Positions 62,804 to 64,000 of a stretch of DNA of 64,000 bases are shown here, piece by piece. The stretch covers positions 54,004,001-54,068,000 of the forward strand of contig NC_045697.1 in NCBI RefSeq assembly GCF_009834535.1, in the 5' to 3' direction. Each line of letters starts with the position of its first letter. The stretch's first letter is position 1. The notes under the pieces were generated by a model. That model worked only from the letters and a program-made list of their open reading frames with translations, searched no databases and was not told the DNA's origin. The DNA is from Camelus ferus (lineage: Eukaryota). Made by a program: the position numbers and the translations under genes.

Positions 62804-63440
62804 GTACCTCAAGAAATATTATCAAATCATTTTTTCCCAAAGTACTAATTCAGTGGTAGTTTTTATCACCACACAAAAAAATTTTTGTCTTAATGATTTT
62901 CACAGAGTAACTTCTTATTTCAATCCAGAAAGCAAATATTTATTACTCTCATTAATGTACCAGATACCAGCGTAGATGCTGAGGATGCAGTGGTGAACAC
63001 CATGCCTGCCCTCATGAAGTTTTCAGTCTAGGAATCCATACTTACAAGGTGATAAAATAAGTTTGGCTCTATTTTATGGGCACCCTGCCGACAAGAATGC
63101 TGTCTCTTCCTTATGGAGAGATGCAGCAGGACGTTTAGCACGTGCACGTGACATCCGTTCTTCAGAGGCTTCCTCATGGAGCAGCTGAGGCACTTTCTCC
63201 ATAGTTAAGGCTGGACTAATTAACAAAATCAAATCCTAGTCTTTCCAATCCAATATTTAGCTGCTGTAGGCAATGTATTCTGGTTGGTAGTTGCCCTGGG
63301 TTTTGAAGAAACCCAAGAGTTCCACAGTTCTAAGCCCAGAGGGTGGATGTTTGCAATGCCCAGGGCATTGCAACTCCAGAGGAGAGGTAAAAGGAAATTC
63401 TTCGACAAGACACGAAACATTTTTCCCTCTTTTCTTCTAG

Positions 63441-63602
63441 AATGATTCTGGTGGACCACTAGCTTACCCCAACTCTAGGAATATATGGCACCTTGTTGGA
63501 ATAGTAAGCTGGGGTGAAGGATGTGGTAAAAAGAATAAACCAGGTGTCTACACTCGGGTGACTGCTTATCGTGACTGGATTACCTCCAAGACTGGACTCT
63601 GA
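63441..63602 (+). CDS. TMPRSS11B: TMPRSS11B-like exon 10: Ser195 (NDSGGPL...KPGVYTRV...SKTGL*)
   Basis: cttctag acceptor; TGA stop at 63600-63602. Confidence 0.95.
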   Translation, partial: NDSGGPLAYPNSRNIWHLVGIVSWGEGCGKKNKPGVYTRVTAYRDWITSKTGL

Positions 63603-63938
63603 AAGAAATGTAACCTTGGAATGGAACATAAAGACAACTACAGGATATTCTTATCTATTGTTTCAAAATCTTTTTTGATTGTTGGTATACTAATCATTTT
63701 CTTATATAAAAATGCATAAATATCTTGATTAATGTTTTATCTAAAGCACTATCCATTTATTTATTGATCTATTTAACTAATTTAGGAAACAGGAAGAAAA
63801 AAAGAAAGGATGACCGTAATATTTTTATTAATAGCCTAGTTCTGATGTATCTTACCATTATATTCAGAATAGACCTTTATTTTTTAGAATTAAAGAAATA
63901 CATATTTGTTGGTATGAGAACATATGCTGGATCTACCA

Positions 63939-63944
63939 AATAAA
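63939..63944 (+). terminator. Candidate polyadenylation signal of the TMPRSS11B-like gene
   Basis: AATAAA about 340 nt after the stop codon. Confidence 0.35.
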
Positions 63945-64000
63945 TTATTTTTCATTCTATATATTATAAATGCATTTTGTTAAACCAAAATACATAAGAC

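Larger units (their letters stand above)
52401..63602 (+). other. TMPRSS11B: TMPRSS11B/HATL5-like gene span, complete CDS of 1254 nt (417 aa)
   Basis: Ten exons of 8,119,116,68,161,39,178,260,143,162 nt splice in frame; family-diagnostic SWPLW, IVNG, DACQNDSGG, SKTGL*. Confidence 0.9.

Noticed and set aside
1..64000. CRISPR arrays, operons or other prokaryotic systems
   Set aside because: The sequence is clearly mammalian (spliceosomal introns, L1, MIR, L2, LTRs) and shows no regularly interspaced repeats.

Overview
Mammalian genomic DNA, probably camelid (inferred from a Vic-1-like tRNA-Ala-derived SINE). It covers part of the HAT/DESC (TMPRSS11) type II transmembrane serine protease cluster, with two + strand tandem genes. 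The first is a TMPRSS11E/DESC1-like gene (coding exons 2-10 at 5226-24471; exon 1 not found, probably upstream). The second is a complete TMPRSS11B/HATL5-like gene (10 coding exons, 52401-63602, 417 aa). Both splice into open frames with GT-AG introns and intact His/Asp/Ser triads. Between them lie a full-length but frameshifted ~7.1 kb L1 (minus strand, 13-bp TSD) nested in an older L1, solo LTRs and other repeats; intron 3 of the first gene holds a 5S rRNA pseudogene. Main finding: the DESC1-like enzyme looks rewired. Its activation site is YRVM|VVGG (Arg at -3, Met at -1) instead of SLR|IVGG, and its S1 region has Asp189 with Ser226 and Leu192 (tissue-kallikrein-like), plus an extra unpaired Cys. 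This suggests a different activation route and specificity, or a non-activatable zymogen. All comparisons to human proteins and repeat consensuses are from memory, not database searches.
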